Translations under genes and position numbers: made by a program | NCBI GenBank assembly: GCA_004554165.1 | Contig: SFNQ01000014.1 | Coordinates: 8,520 to 72,519 of the forward strand | From: Clostridiales bacterium | GTDB taxonomy: Bacteria > Bacillota > Clostridia > Christensenellales > CAG-138 | DNA: 64,000 nucleotides | Reading direction: 5' to 3' | Shown here: in pieces, positions 25,615-38,405 of the stretch | Layout: every line of letters begins with the position of its first letter | How positions within the stretch are numbered: position 1 is the stretch's first letter | The notes under the pieces: model-generated | Database searches by the model: none | Told to the model about the DNA's origin: nothing | Seen by the model: the letters and a program-made list of their open reading frames with translations, nothing else

Positions 25615-25830
25615 TAACGTGGATTGACGTGGAAACAGTACCGTCCACTCGCCGTTTTCCGATCAGAGAGCCGCGCGTTTTGCTGAGAGCGCGGCAGGAA
25701 AGCCGGACGCGAAGACCGCCCACCGACCGCGCCGGGCCCTGCCCGTTATTGCAGGAAATGAGTTAGAAATCAGGGTGGAACCGCGATGCCCCTCGCCCCT
25801 CGAAGTGTGTTCGAGGGGCGTGTTTTTTTG
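25615..25830 (+). promoter_or_regulatory. T-box riboswitch leader (tRNA-Thr-responsive) with terminator
   Basis: Conserved T-box sequence aaatcagggtggaaccgcg (25767-25785). Terminator gcccctcgaa/ttcgaggggc (25795-25819) followed by gtgttttttt. AGAGAG GA-motif near 25664. Candidate specifier ACC (Thr) at 25715-25717 (tentative). Sits directly upstream of thrS. Confidence 0.85.
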
Positions 25831-25885
25831 CCCGACCCCGCGCCGGGTTAACGTTTCAGAGCTTTAATTAAGGAGGAAATGCAGC

Positions 25886-27835
25886 ATGTTCATTACATTC
25901 CCGGACGGCAGCCGCCGCGCGTTTGACGACGGCGTAACGCCGCTGGCCGTGGCCGAGTCCATCAGCCCCCGCCTTGCCAAGGCCACACTGTCCTGCGCCA
26001 TCGACGGGGTACACAGCGACGCCTTCCGCCCCATGACGGGCGACCACGCGCTGAAGTTCTACACCTTTGCCGACGAGGACGGCCGCTGGGCCTACCGGCA
26101 CACCGCCTCCCACCTGCTGGCGCAGGCGGTCAAGCGCCTGTATCCTGAGGTCAAGCTGGCCATCGGCCCTGCCATTGAAAACGGCTTTTACTACGATTTT
26201 GACGCGCCGGAGTCCTTTACCCAGGACGATCTGAAAAAGATCGAAAAGGAGATGGAAAAGATCGCGCAGGAGAATCTCTCTCTCGAGCGCTTTGAGCTGC
26301 CCCGGGAGGAGGCCATCCGCTTCATGGAGGAAAAGGGAGAGCCCTACAAGGTCGAGCTCATCCGCGATCTTCCGGAGGATGCGGTCATCAGCTTCTACCG
26401 TCAGGGCGAGTTTGTGGACCTCTGTGCGGGGCCCCACGTGGCCTCCACGGGCAGGGTCAAAAACTGCCGGCTCATGAGCATTGCCGGCGCCTACTGGCGC
26501 GGCAGCGAAAAGAACAAGATGCTCCAGCGCATCTACGGCACCGCGTTCGAGAAGAAGGCTGACCTGGAGGCCTACCTTACCCAGCTGGAGGAGGCAAAAA
26601 AGCGCGACCACAACAAGCTGGGCCGCGAGCTGGAGCTGTTCACCACCGTGGACGTCATCGGTCAGGGCCTGCCCATCCTGTTGCCCAAGGGCGCCCGCGT
26701 TATCCAGACGCTGCAGCGCTTTGTGGAGGATGAGGAGCAGCGCCGGGGCTACCTGCTCACAAAGACCCCCTTTATGGCCAAGCGGGAGCTCTATAAAATT
26801 TCGGGCCACTGGGATCATTACCGCGACGGCATGTTCATCATGGGTGACAGGGCCGATCAGGACGACGAAACGAAGGAAATCTTCGCCCTGCGGCCCATGA
26901 CCTGCCCCTTCCAGTTCATGGCCTACCTGAACCGCCCGCGCTCCTACCGGGACCTGCCGCTGCGCTACAACGAGACCTCCACGCTCTTCCGCAACGAAAG
27001 CTCCGGCGAGATGCACGGCCTCATCCGCGTGCGCCAGTTTACCATCTCCGAGGGCCATCTGGCCTGCCGGCCCGACCAGCTTGAGGATGAATTCCGCGGC
27101 TGTCTGGACCTTGCCAAGTTCATGCTCGAAACCCTCGGCCTGGACGGCGACGTGTCCTACCGCTTCAGCAAGTGGGACGAGAACGACAAGGACAAGTACA
27201 TCGGCGACAAGGAGAGCTGGGAGCGCACGCAGAACCAGATGCGCGTCATTCTGGACGATCTCGGCATCCAGTATTACGAAGCCGACGGTGAGGCTGCGTT
27301 CTACGGTCCCAAGCTGGACATTCAGATCAGGAACGTCTACGGCAAGGAGGATACCCTCATTACCATCCAGATCGACTTCCAGCTGGCGGAGCGCTACGGC
27401 ATGGTGTACACCGACAGCGACGGCCAGAAAAAGCACCCCGTCGTCATCCACCGCACCAGCCTCGGCTGCTACGAACGGACCCTTGCACTGCTGATCGAAA
27501 AATACGCAGGCGCGCTGCCCACCTGGCTGGCTCCGGTGCAGGTCAAGGTGCTGCCCATCACCGACCGGGCGGCGGAGCGCTGCGTTCAGGTGCAAAAATA
27601 TCTGGAGGCCCGCGGCGTGCGCGTGGAAACGGACCTTCGCAACGAGAAGATCGGCTTCAAGATCCGGGAGGCGCAGATGCAGAAAATCCCCTACATGCTG
27701 GTTCTGGGCGACAAGGAGGTCGAGCAGAACCTCGTCGCCGTCCGTTCCCGCAGGGCGGGCGACCTGGGCACCAGCAGCCTGGAGGACTTCTCCGCAAAGC
27801 TGCTGGAGGAAATCGCCTCCAGGGCGAAGGAGTGA
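25886..27835 (+). CDS. thrS: threonine--tRNA ligase
   Basis: TGS domain start MFITFPDGS, HTASHLLAQA editing/second-additional-domain motif, class II core (FRNE.SG...GL.RVRQFT) and a C-terminal anticodon-binding domain. Confidence 0.97.
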   Translation: MFITFPDGSRRAFDDGVTPLAVAESISPRLAKATLSCAIDGVHSDAFRPMTGDHALKFYTFADEDGRWAYRHTASHLLAQAVKRLYPEVKLAIGPAIENGFYYDFDAPESFTQDDLKKIEKEMEKIAQENLSLERFELPREEAIRFMEEKGEPYKVELIRDLPEDAVISFYRQGEFVDLCAGPHVASTGRVKNCRLMSIAGAYWRGSEKNKMLQRIYGTAFEKKADLEAYLTQLEEAKKRDHNKLGRELELFTTVDVIGQGLPILLPKGARVIQTLQRFVEDEEQRRGYLLTKTPFMAKRELYKISGHWDHYRDGMFIMGDRADQDDETKEIFALRPMTCPFQFMAYLNRPRSYRDLPLRYNETSTLFRNESSGEMHGLIRVRQFTISEGHLACRPDQLEDEFRGCLDLAKFMLETLGLDGDVSYRFSKWDENDKDKYIGDKESWERTQNQMRVILDDLGIQYYEADGEAAFYGPKLDIQIRNVYGKEDTLITIQIDFQLAERYGMVYTDSDGQKKHPVVIHRTSLGCYERTLALLIEKYAGALPTWLAPVQVKVLPITDRAAERCVQVQKYLEARGVRVETDLRNEKIGFKIREAQMQKIPYMLVLGDKEVEQNLVAVRSRRAGDLGTSSLEDFSAKLLEEIASRAKE

Positions 27836-27866
27836 GAATACGACAGGCTTTGAAAATCACGCAGGA

Positions 27867-27897
27867 GGCCGGCGCCACAGGCGCCGGCCTTTGTCTG
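27867..27897 (+). terminator. rho-independent terminator after thrS
   Basis: 10-bp stem ggccggcgcc / ggcgccggcc, 3-nt loop, then tttgtctgtc. Confidence 0.7.
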
Positions 27898-28041
27898 TCG
27901 AAAAACCCCGGGGTTGATAAGGGGCCGCAGCCCCCCGCCTTCCCGGGCTTTTCGGCAGACTGCGGCGGATTGCGCTTTTTTGAGCGGCGCGGGGAGACTT
28001 CCTGCACCGTGGGCGCGGACTGCCGCCCTGCCGTGAAAGCC
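27897..28041 (-). repeat. copy C (inverted orientation) of the intergenic repeat family
   Basis: The reverse complement contains gctttcacgg ... ccgaaaagcccggg ... ggggctgcggcccct(t)atcaaccccggggtt(t)ttcgaca. The last 42 nt or so are near-identical to 56231-56269. Confidence 0.65.
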
Positions 28042-28370
28042 CCGATCCACAGGCGATTTTCTGCTCCGGCGCACATGCCGCCGGGCCGCCCGCCGCAAGG
28101 GATCGCAGCCGCTCGTCGGCGCAGGGACAGCCTTCGTCGCAGCTGCGGCGCATCCCCCGGAAGGTTTCGCGCAATGCTTCCTTCATTTTGCAGCCGTAGT
28201 GAATTTTTTCCTGCATAATTTTCCTGAATTTTAGAAGTTTTGCCCAAATTCTCTCGTTTTTCGCAGTTTTTCTGCTTTCATTATGCAAAATTTTGTATGG
28301 AGGCAGAAAATATTTTTTCTTGTCAGGGGGGAAATAGTGTTGTAAGATGCTTTTCGTATATTTTATATAA

Positions 28371-29723
<1,353 letters not shown>

Positions 29724-29842
29724 GCCTGCGGAGCACCCCTTTCTTTCCCCCCTACGGAGCCGCCGGGAAGCAGGATTTGCCCCGGCGGTTCCTGCTGCCC
29801 GGCGCGCCGCTTTCCGGCGGAACGCTGTCGCGGACAAAACAT

Positions 29843-29882
29843 AAAAAAGAGAGGCTGGCATTCCCTCCGCCTCTCTCTTTTC
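29843..29882. terminator. bidirectional terminator between gdhA and the thioesterase gene
   Basis: 8-bp stem agagaggc / gcctctct, flanked by an A-run upstream and a T-run downstream. Confidence 0.7.
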
Positions 29883-29939
29883 ATACCCAATACGTCACAT
29901 GTCTGCAGCCCGCTCCACAGCTTTGTCCCTGCCTGCGCG

Positions 29940-30353
29940 CTAGCTCTCAAGGTGCGCGCCGCTGATGCTGACGGCGGCAACCGCCGTACCGAGATCGTCC
30001 GTAATGCGGATCTCATAGAAGCAGGTATGCCTGCCGTCCTTGAGCAGACAGCTTTCTCCATAGAGCACGCGGCCCTTTGGCGCGCGAAGGTAGCTGACCT
30101 GCGCAACGCTGGTCACCGTTGTGGGCTGGCGGAAATTCGTCGCAACCGCGAACACAAAGTCCGCAAGCGTAAAAATCACGCCGCCCATGGCATGGCCGTA
30201 GGCGTTCCTGTGCCGCTCGTCCAGCTTCAGGCTGCACTTGGCGTAGCGCTCTCCCACGGCGTCGATCTCGATCCCCGTAAGCGCCACCGCATAGCGGTCC
30301 GCGGAAAAGATCCGCCTGGCTTCCTCCAGCGCGCTGCTGTCGCGAGCTTCCAT
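29940..30353 (-). CDS. PaaI-family (hotdog-fold) thioesterase
   Basis: N..G.AMGGVIFTLADFVFAVA core motif, size about 137 aa, typical PaaI/4HBT layout. Confidence 0.8.
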   Translation of the reverse strand: MEARDSSALEEARRIFSADRYAVALTGIEIDAVGERYAKCSLKLDERHRNAYGHAMGGVIFTLADFVFAVATNFRQPTTVTSVAQVSYLRAPKGRVLYGESCLLKDGRHTCFYEIRITDDLGTAVAAVSISGAHLES

Positions 30354-30367
30354 GGCGGCCTCCCCGC

Positions 30368-31492
30368 CTACAGCGTTTTGACCCAGCAGCGGCGGCGCTT
30401 ATGCTGCTCGGTTTCAAAAAATTTCCACTGGGACTGCACCTTGGTGTTCAACTCCAGCATGGGGCCTGTTTCCGCATAGCGGAAGCCTGCCGCCAGAACC
30501 TTCTTCAGCATCGTGTCCATGATGACGGAATTGACGCCCGAGCCCTGCAAATCCGGCCGCACCGCAATGAGCAGCATATCCACGGTATCGTTTTTGCCCT
30601 TGAGCGCCCGGAGCAGCGGAATCCAGCCAAAGGGGAACATGCGCCCGCGGTTCTTCTGCTGCGCCCGCTCCAGCGAGGGACAGCAGATGCCAAAGGCCAC
30701 CATCTCGTTTTGCTCGTTGTAAACAAAGGAGGTGGTGCGGCGGTCCAGCATGGGCAAAAACTCGCTCACATACTTGTCCGTCTGCGCCTCGGTCATGGGT
30801 ACGACGCCAAACAGGGCCTTGTAGGTTTCGTTCCAGAGATCGAACATCTCCCGCGCGAGCGCCTTGATGGGCTTGTCCAGCGAGCCGAGGTCGATCACCC
30901 GGAGCCGTTTGCGGCGCTGAACCGTTTCCGCAATGCGCGTCAGCCGCTCAACGGGCGCGTCCGGCAGCGTCAGGCGGCACTCGATCCAGTCCACCTCTTT
31001 TTCATATCCGCGCCGCTCCATCTGGCGGACGTAGTAGGGATAGTTGTAGTAGGTGATGAACAGGCTCAGCCGGTCAAAGCCCTCCACAAGCATGCCCTCG
31101 CGGTCCATGTCCGAAAATCCCAGCGGCCCGTGGGAGTGGGTGCAGCCCTTTTCTCTGCCCCAGGCCTCCACCGCGTCGAACAGCGCGTCCACCACCTCGT
31201 CGTCGTCGATGAAGTCAATGTGCGTGATGGTCAGGTAGTTCCTGCCGAACTTCTCGTTGGCCCTGCGGTTGTGGATGCCCGCGATCCGGCCGACGATCTG
31301 CCCCTCGCGCAGCGCGAGGAAGCACCTGGCGTCCGAGTAGGCAAAGGCCGGGTTCTTGTCCCGGATCATATCGTCCACCTGGCTTGCCAGCATGTCCGGC
31401 ACATAGTAGGGGTTGTTTCTGTAGAGTTGCAGCGGAAATTCCATAAAGCGCACGATGTCGCGCCGCTTCACCGCTTCCTGAATTGTTACCAA
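30368..31492 (-). CDS. GNAT/FemAB-fold acyltransferase-like protein (function unknown)
   Basis: 374-aa ORF. The N-terminus IVRFMEFPLQLYRNNPYYVPDM......D.....NPAF.......FLA..EG.IVGRIAGI matches a widespread two-domain N-acyltransferase-like family. TTG start. Confidence 0.55.
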   Translation of the reverse strand: MVTIQEAVKRRDIVRFMEFPLQLYRNNPYYVPDMLASQVDDMIRDKNPAFAYSDARCFLALREGQIVGRIAGIHNRRANEKFGRNYLTITHIDFIDDDEVVDALFDAVEAWGREKGCTHSHGPLGFSDMDREGMLVEGFDRLSLFITYYNYPYYVRQMERRGYEKEVDWIECRLTLPDAPVERLTRIAETVQRRKRLRVIDLGSLDKPIKALAREMFDLWNETYKALFGVVPMTEAQTDKYVSEFLPMLDRRTTSFVYNEQNEMVAFGICCPSLERAQQKNRGRMFPFGWIPLLRALKGKNDTVDMLLIAVRPDLQGSGVNSVIMDTMLKKVLAAGFRYAETGPMLELNTKVQSQWKFFETEQHKRRRCWVKTL

Positions 31493-31528
31493 AGCTCCCG
31501 TTCTCCCATCCCTGAAAATTCTTGCGCA

Positions 31529-32491
31529 CTACTGCTGGCGCGGCGGCTCTTTGCCCTCCCCCTTGCGGCGCTTTTTGCGGCTCCGCCGGACCAGAAGGAC
31601 GATGCCGAGTACGATCGCCGCCACAACGATGCCGGGCAGCAGAACGTTGGCCAGCACAATGCCGATGGCGCCGATGCCGTTCAGCAGGAAGCGCCAGCCG
31701 TTCTGGAAGCCGTCGCTCATGCGGCGGCCGATATCCGACGCGCTCCAAAGCTCAATCAGCGTACCCTCGCCCGCAACAGCCGTCTTTTGAACGGCCTGCA
31801 GGGAGAGCTCCACGGTGGCGTAAGCGACCTGATGATCCCAAAGATTGATACGGCCCTGATAGCTCTCGATCTGTTCGCGCACGGCAGCAAGCTGTTCGCG
31901 CACGAGCAGCATCTCCTCGATGGTGGTGCAGTTGCCCAGCAGCACAAGCAGCTGCTCCTCCTCGGCTCTGGCCGCGGAAAGGCGCGCAGCGATGTCGTAG
32001 TAGTCCATGGTGATCTCGTCGCTCTCGAGGCGGCAGCTGTCCGTTTTGCCCAGGCCGGACAGGCGCTCCATCAGCGTCTCCAGCTTTTCCGCAGGCACCT
32101 TGAGCGTCGCTGAGGCATAGCCGTCGCCGTCGCCGTTGGCGCTCTGATAGGAATCCGCCACATATCCGCCAAGCTGCGCGCAGGCCTCCTGCGCCGCCAC
32201 AAGCGCGTCCGCCGGCGAATCCGCCGTGATGGTCAGATAGGCCGTGTAGATAATTTTCTGTCCATAGGGGCTTGCCTCCCCTGCGCCGGTGTTGTCCAAA
32301 GGCGCGGCCGCGGGGGCAGCCGTCCCCTTGTTGGACACGGTATCGGCCAGAAAATCGCCGTCGTAGCTCTCCATCGCCATCATATCGGATGCGGCGGCGC
32401 TGTTTGAAACGGCGCTGACAGCCGCGGCGGCGCAGCCGTTCAGCAGCAATGCCAGAACCAGACCCAGTGCAATGAGGCTCGTTTTTTTCAT
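31529..32491 (-). CDS. DUF4349-domain lipoprotein
   Basis: Lipobox MKKTSLIALGLVLALLLNGC, the DUF4349 coiled-coil core (..TLKVPAEKLETLMERLSGLG......ESDEIT.DYYDI.ARL.....EE.QLL.LL........L.VR.QL..VR..IE...G) and a C-terminal TM. Start ATG 32491 follows ggaggt. Confidence 0.75.
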   Translation of the reverse strand: MKKTSLIALGLVLALLLNGCAAAAVSAVSNSAAASDMMAMESYDGDFLADTVSNKGTAAPAAAPLDNTGAGEASPYGQKIIYTAYLTITADSPADALVAAQEACAQLGGYVADSYQSANGDGDGYASATLKVPAEKLETLMERLSGLGKTDSCRLESDEITMDYYDIAARLSAARAEEEQLLVLLGNCTTIEEMLLVREQLAAVREQIESYQGRINLWDHQVAYATVELSLQAVQKTAVAGEGTLIELWSASDIGRRMSDGFQNGWRFLLNGIGAIGIVLANVLLPGIVVAAIVLGIVLLVRRSRKKRRKGEGKEPPRQQ

Positions 32492-33067
32492 ACATACCTC
32501 CGTTGTTGTGGCTGATGCAACTATATCATATTCTCTCGAAAAAGGGAAGATGGGTAGAATTTGCATCTCTTCATAAATACATACCCGGCAGGCCCTCCGC
32601 AGGTTGCAAAAACCGCAAAAATTGCCTGTGTCCACCTTGCGCCGGATGCGGAAAGCCCGATGGCGGCGCCGGAGAATGTGGAAAGCCGGGGAACAGAATG
32701 TCAAGCCGAACCTGACAGAGGCGCAGTGCGTGCTTTTCCATCCGTTCCTTCCGGGACCAGAACGGGAACGAGAAGCAGTACGTACAGGCGGAGGGCGACC
32801 GCGTAATCCGGAGAAACAACCCGGAGCGGGCAAAGGCGATGCTGAGCAGCGAGCAGGAGCGATACGAGAACAAAAAGAAAACCCCGTCCGGCAAGGAAAT
32901 TGTTCGGACGCTCGTCTCCGGAGTGCATCCGAAAGGACGCGACCCGAAACCTGGACGCTTTCGCGGGGAAGAACGGGCATGTGCGGACGCTGCTCACCGC
33001 CGGATATGAGAACAGGGCCGCGGCGGACAATCCGGTCCCCGCAGCCCTGTAACAGCGTTTTGCCCCT

Positions 33068-34813
33068 TCAGGCCTCCTGCGCCTGCTGCTTTTCAATCTC
33101 CTCCCGCTCGAGCACGGTATAGGCGATCTTGCCCACCAGCGTCTTTGGCAGCGCGTCGCGAACCTCGATCTCGTAGGGCATGGCGTACTTGGCGATGTTC
33201 TTTTTGCAGTGCTCAAAAAGCTCCTCCCTGAGCGCCGGGGTATCCTCCACATCGGGCATGAGCACCACAAAGGCCTTGACCTTCTGCATCTTATAGGAAT
33301 CTGGCACGCCGATGACGCAGCTCATCTGCACCGCCTCGTGCGCGTCGATGATGTTCTCAAGCTGCGAGGGGTAGACGTTGTAGCCGCTTGTGATAATCAT
33401 GCGCTTGATGCGCTGGCGGAAGTAGATAAAGCCGTCCTCGTCCATCCTGCCCAGATCGCCCGTATGCAGCCAGATGCAGCCGTCGTCATGGCGGCGGAGG
33501 GTGTTGGCCGTCTCCTCGGGCTGGCCCACGTATTCGGTCATGAGCGTGGGCCCGGTCAGGCAGATTTCGCCATCCTCGCCATAGGGCATCTCGTCAATGG
33601 TGCCGGGCTTGACAATCTTGTAATAGGTGTCCGGGAAGGGCAGGCCGATGCTGCCCTCGCGGTACATGTCCACCGGGGTCAGGCAGGAGGCCGTGACGCA
33701 CTCGGTGGTGCCGTAGCCCTCGCGCACGGTAACGTCTGCGCCGTGTTCGGCAAGGAATCGGTCAAACTTCTTTTTGAGCTCGATGGAGAGCGAATCCCCG
33801 CCAGAGAACACCCCCTTCAGGCAGGCCAGCGACACCCCCTTCATGTTGGGGTTGCGGGTAATGCCCTCAAAGAGCGTGGGTACGCCCGCAATGTAGTTGG
33901 GCTGGGCCTTCCTGAGCAGATTGGCATAGCTCTCCACGGACACCCGGGGCACCAGAATGCTGTTGCCGCCTGCGACCATCATGGTATGTATGCATACGCC
34001 GAGGCCAAAGCCGTGGAACACCGGCATGGCCGCCAGCATGCTCTGTCCCGGCGCAAAGGTGGTCGCCATGGCGATGGTTTGCAGGCCCAGCGCGTTGAAG
34101 TTCAGGTTGGAGAGCAGGATGCCCTTGGTCTTGCCCGTGGTGCCGCCGGAAAAGAGGATGGCGGCCGGATCGTTGGCGCTGCGCTTCACAATATATGCGC
34201 CGGCGTACACGTCGCCCTTTTGCAGGAACTCGCGCCAGGTTTCAGCGGGGGCTTCCAGCGGCGGGCAGGCGATCTTGCGGCCCTGGGTGAGCTTGTAGCC
34301 CAGCTTCATCAGCGGGGAGAGCGCGTCGCCAATGCTGGAGACGATGAGCTTTTTCACCGGCGCCTCCTTCAGCACCCTGGTGAATTTTTCATAGAATAGA
34401 TCCAGCGTGACCGCGGCAATGGAGTCGGAATCCTTCAGGTAGAAGGCGATCTCGCCCTCGCTTGACAGCGGATGGATCATCACCGCCACCGCGCCGATCA
34501 GGTTCAGGCCGTAAAAGCAGAGCACAGCCTGCGGGCAGTTGGGCATGCAGACGGTCACGCGGTCGTCCTTTTTGATGCCCGCCGCGGCGAACGCGCGGCC
34601 AACGCGGGTGATCTGCCGCAACATCTCCTGATAGCTGGTTTTCCTGCCCTGAAAGGTAAAAGCAGTATAATCCGGGTACTTATCCGCAACCTCCGTAATG
34701 GCGTCCACCATGGAGCCGTCCGGATAGCTCAGATGCGCAGGAACCGTGCCGTAGTGGCTGAGCCAGGGGGCGGAAATTTCATAGTCAAAGCGAAGCGCTT
34801 CAGAATTCGTCAT
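33068..34813 (-). CDS. AMP-dependent long-chain acyl-CoA synthetase/ligase (FadD-like)
   Basis: AMP-binding motifs ILFSGGTTGKTKGILLSN, GYGTTE and GDLGRMDEDGFIYFRQRIKRMI, and a C-terminal ...LPKT.VGKI. Confidence 0.9.
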   Translation of the reverse strand: MTNSEALRFDYEISAPWLSHYGTVPAHLSYPDGSMVDAITEVADKYPDYTAFTFQGRKTSYQEMLRQITRVGRAFAAAGIKKDDRVTVCMPNCPQAVLCFYGLNLIGAVAVMIHPLSSEGEIAFYLKDSDSIAAVTLDLFYEKFTRVLKEAPVKKLIVSSIGDALSPLMKLGYKLTQGRKIACPPLEAPAETWREFLQKGDVYAGAYIVKRSANDPAAILFSGGTTGKTKGILLSNLNFNALGLQTIAMATTFAPGQSMLAAMPVFHGFGLGVCIHTMMVAGGNSILVPRVSVESYANLLRKAQPNYIAGVPTLFEGITRNPNMKGVSLACLKGVFSGGDSLSIELKKKFDRFLAEHGADVTVREGYGTTECVTASCLTPVDMYREGSIGLPFPDTYYKIVKPGTIDEMPYGEDGEICLTGPTLMTEYVGQPEETANTLRRHDDGCIWLHTGDLGRMDEDGFIYFRQRIKRMIITSGYNVYPSQLENIIDAHEAVQMSCVIGVPDSYKMQKVKAFVVLMPDVEDTPALREELFEHCKKNIAKYAMPYEIEVRDALPKTLVGKIAYTVLEREEIEKQQAQEA

Positions 34814-35693
34814 GGATTTCCTCCTTTGCGGGTGTGTCCAGCAGCTCGGGATGCGTCAGAAGATGCTTGAGCAGGTGGACGGTCTTTGCGTAGTAATAGC
34901 CGTCGGCAATGCGCTCGTCCAGCGTAATGCCGATCTCGACGGCGGGCTTCATGGTCACGTTGCCCCCGTCGTCATAAAAGGGGTGCATATGCCGCTCGCC
35001 CACCACAACGAACACGGAGTTGGTGCCCCAGTTGGTCAGGTGGTGGTAGCCCGCGCGCAGCTTCAGCGAACCCAGGTTTGTGATAAACACGGTGCTGTTG
35101 TACGGGTCCTCCTCCACGAGAGAGCGCGGCATGCGCCCATGGTTGTCGAGCCAGGCCAGCAGGCGCATGAAGCAATGCACCAGAAAGCGCGGCATCTTTG
35201 TAATCAGGTCGATGGTGTTGGTGGTGTCGTCGGTTTTGTCGCGATGGCGCAGGTCGTAGACAAAGGCGCAGAGCTTGTCGTGCATCTCGTCCATACTGCT
35301 CTTTTCGCTCTCGGGATCGTACTTTAAAATGGCGATCGATTCTGCGCCCACATCGGAAAAGACCTTCTTTGCGATGAGGGAAAAGGAGATGTGGTTGCGC
35401 TGGTAGTAGCGGTCGCCCTTAATAAAGGAGTTCAGGCGCGGGCGCATGTCCACGGTGCGGCCCAGCGCCGCAAGGATTGCCTGAAACATGGTGTACCTGT
35501 GCTCCGGCGCATCCGCGTTTTTCCGCTCCAGGTAGGCCTCAAGCGCCGTCACGTCGATCAGCTCCTGAATGAAGGCCTCGTTGTCCGCCCGGTTCGGCAG
35601 CATGGGCGGCATGATGATATGCATGCCGTCAAGACCGGTAATCTGTGTTGCGTCAATGCGATCGCCCCATCGGCGACGCTTCTTTGCTTCCAT
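34800..35693 (-). CDS. CAT/E2-superfamily (2-oxoacid dehydrogenase acyltransferase catalytic-domain-like) protein
   Basis: C-terminal ..EIGITLDERIADGYYYAKTVHLLKHLLTHPELL aligns with the E2 motif DHRxxDG....F...L...L..P..LL. Overlaps the acyl-CoA ligase start by 14 nt. Confidence 0.7.
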   Translation of the reverse strand: MEAKKRRRWGDRIDATQITGLDGMHIIMPPMLPNRADNEAFIQELIDVTALEAYLERKNADAPEHRYTMFQAILAALGRTVDMRPRLNSFIKGDRYYQRNHISFSLIAKKVFSDVGAESIAILKYDPESEKSSMDEMHDKLCAFVYDLRHRDKTDDTTNTIDLITKMPRFLVHCFMRLLAWLDNHGRMPRSLVEEDPYNSTVFITNLGSLKLRAGYHHLTNWGTNSVFVVVGERHMHPFYDDGGNVTMKPAVEIGITLDERIADGYYYAKTVHLLKHLLTHPELLDTPAKEEIHDEF

Positions 35694-35743
35694 CGTTCAT
35701 CCCACCCCATTATGAAAAGAATCAGTCCATTTGAATGAATCAT

Positions 35744-35772
35744 AATATACAGGTTATTCATCAAAATGTCAA
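35744..35772 (-). promoter_or_regulatory. promoter for the acyltransferase / acyl-CoA ligase operon
   Basis: Minus strand reads TTGACA, 17 nt, TATATT, in an AT-rich island upstream of ATG 35693. Confidence 0.6.
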
Positions 35773-35982
35773 ATTAACGTCACAATTTATATTTTTTTCT
35801 GATATGGGCTTTGTCCGGGCGGCGGCGTGCCGGATGCTTTTGGCGAGTCGGCCGGGGGCCGTTTTTTCCGGCCCTGGAACGGGGGCAGTCCCAAAGCGCC
35901 GGCAGAGCGCAGCAGGGGGACGGCCCGTGCTCCGTCCCCCTGTGGTTCCCTTTCCCGTCTTGCCTGCCGGAGCGCGCGGCGG

Positions 35983-38391
<2,409 letters not shown>

Positions 38392-38405
38392 GGTTGTTCC
38401 TCCCT

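Noticed and set aside
32503-32715. 70-aa ORF with a Cys-rich stretch (CKNRKNCLCPPCAGCGKPDGGAGECGKPG), considered as a RiPP precursor or zinc-ribbon peptide.
   Set aside because: It has no RBS, an AT-rich nonsense N-terminal half overlapping the promoter/RBS region of the opposite-strand lipoprotein gene, and no maturation enzyme genes nearby. It is more likely part of the decayed region reported in the 32492-33067 finding.
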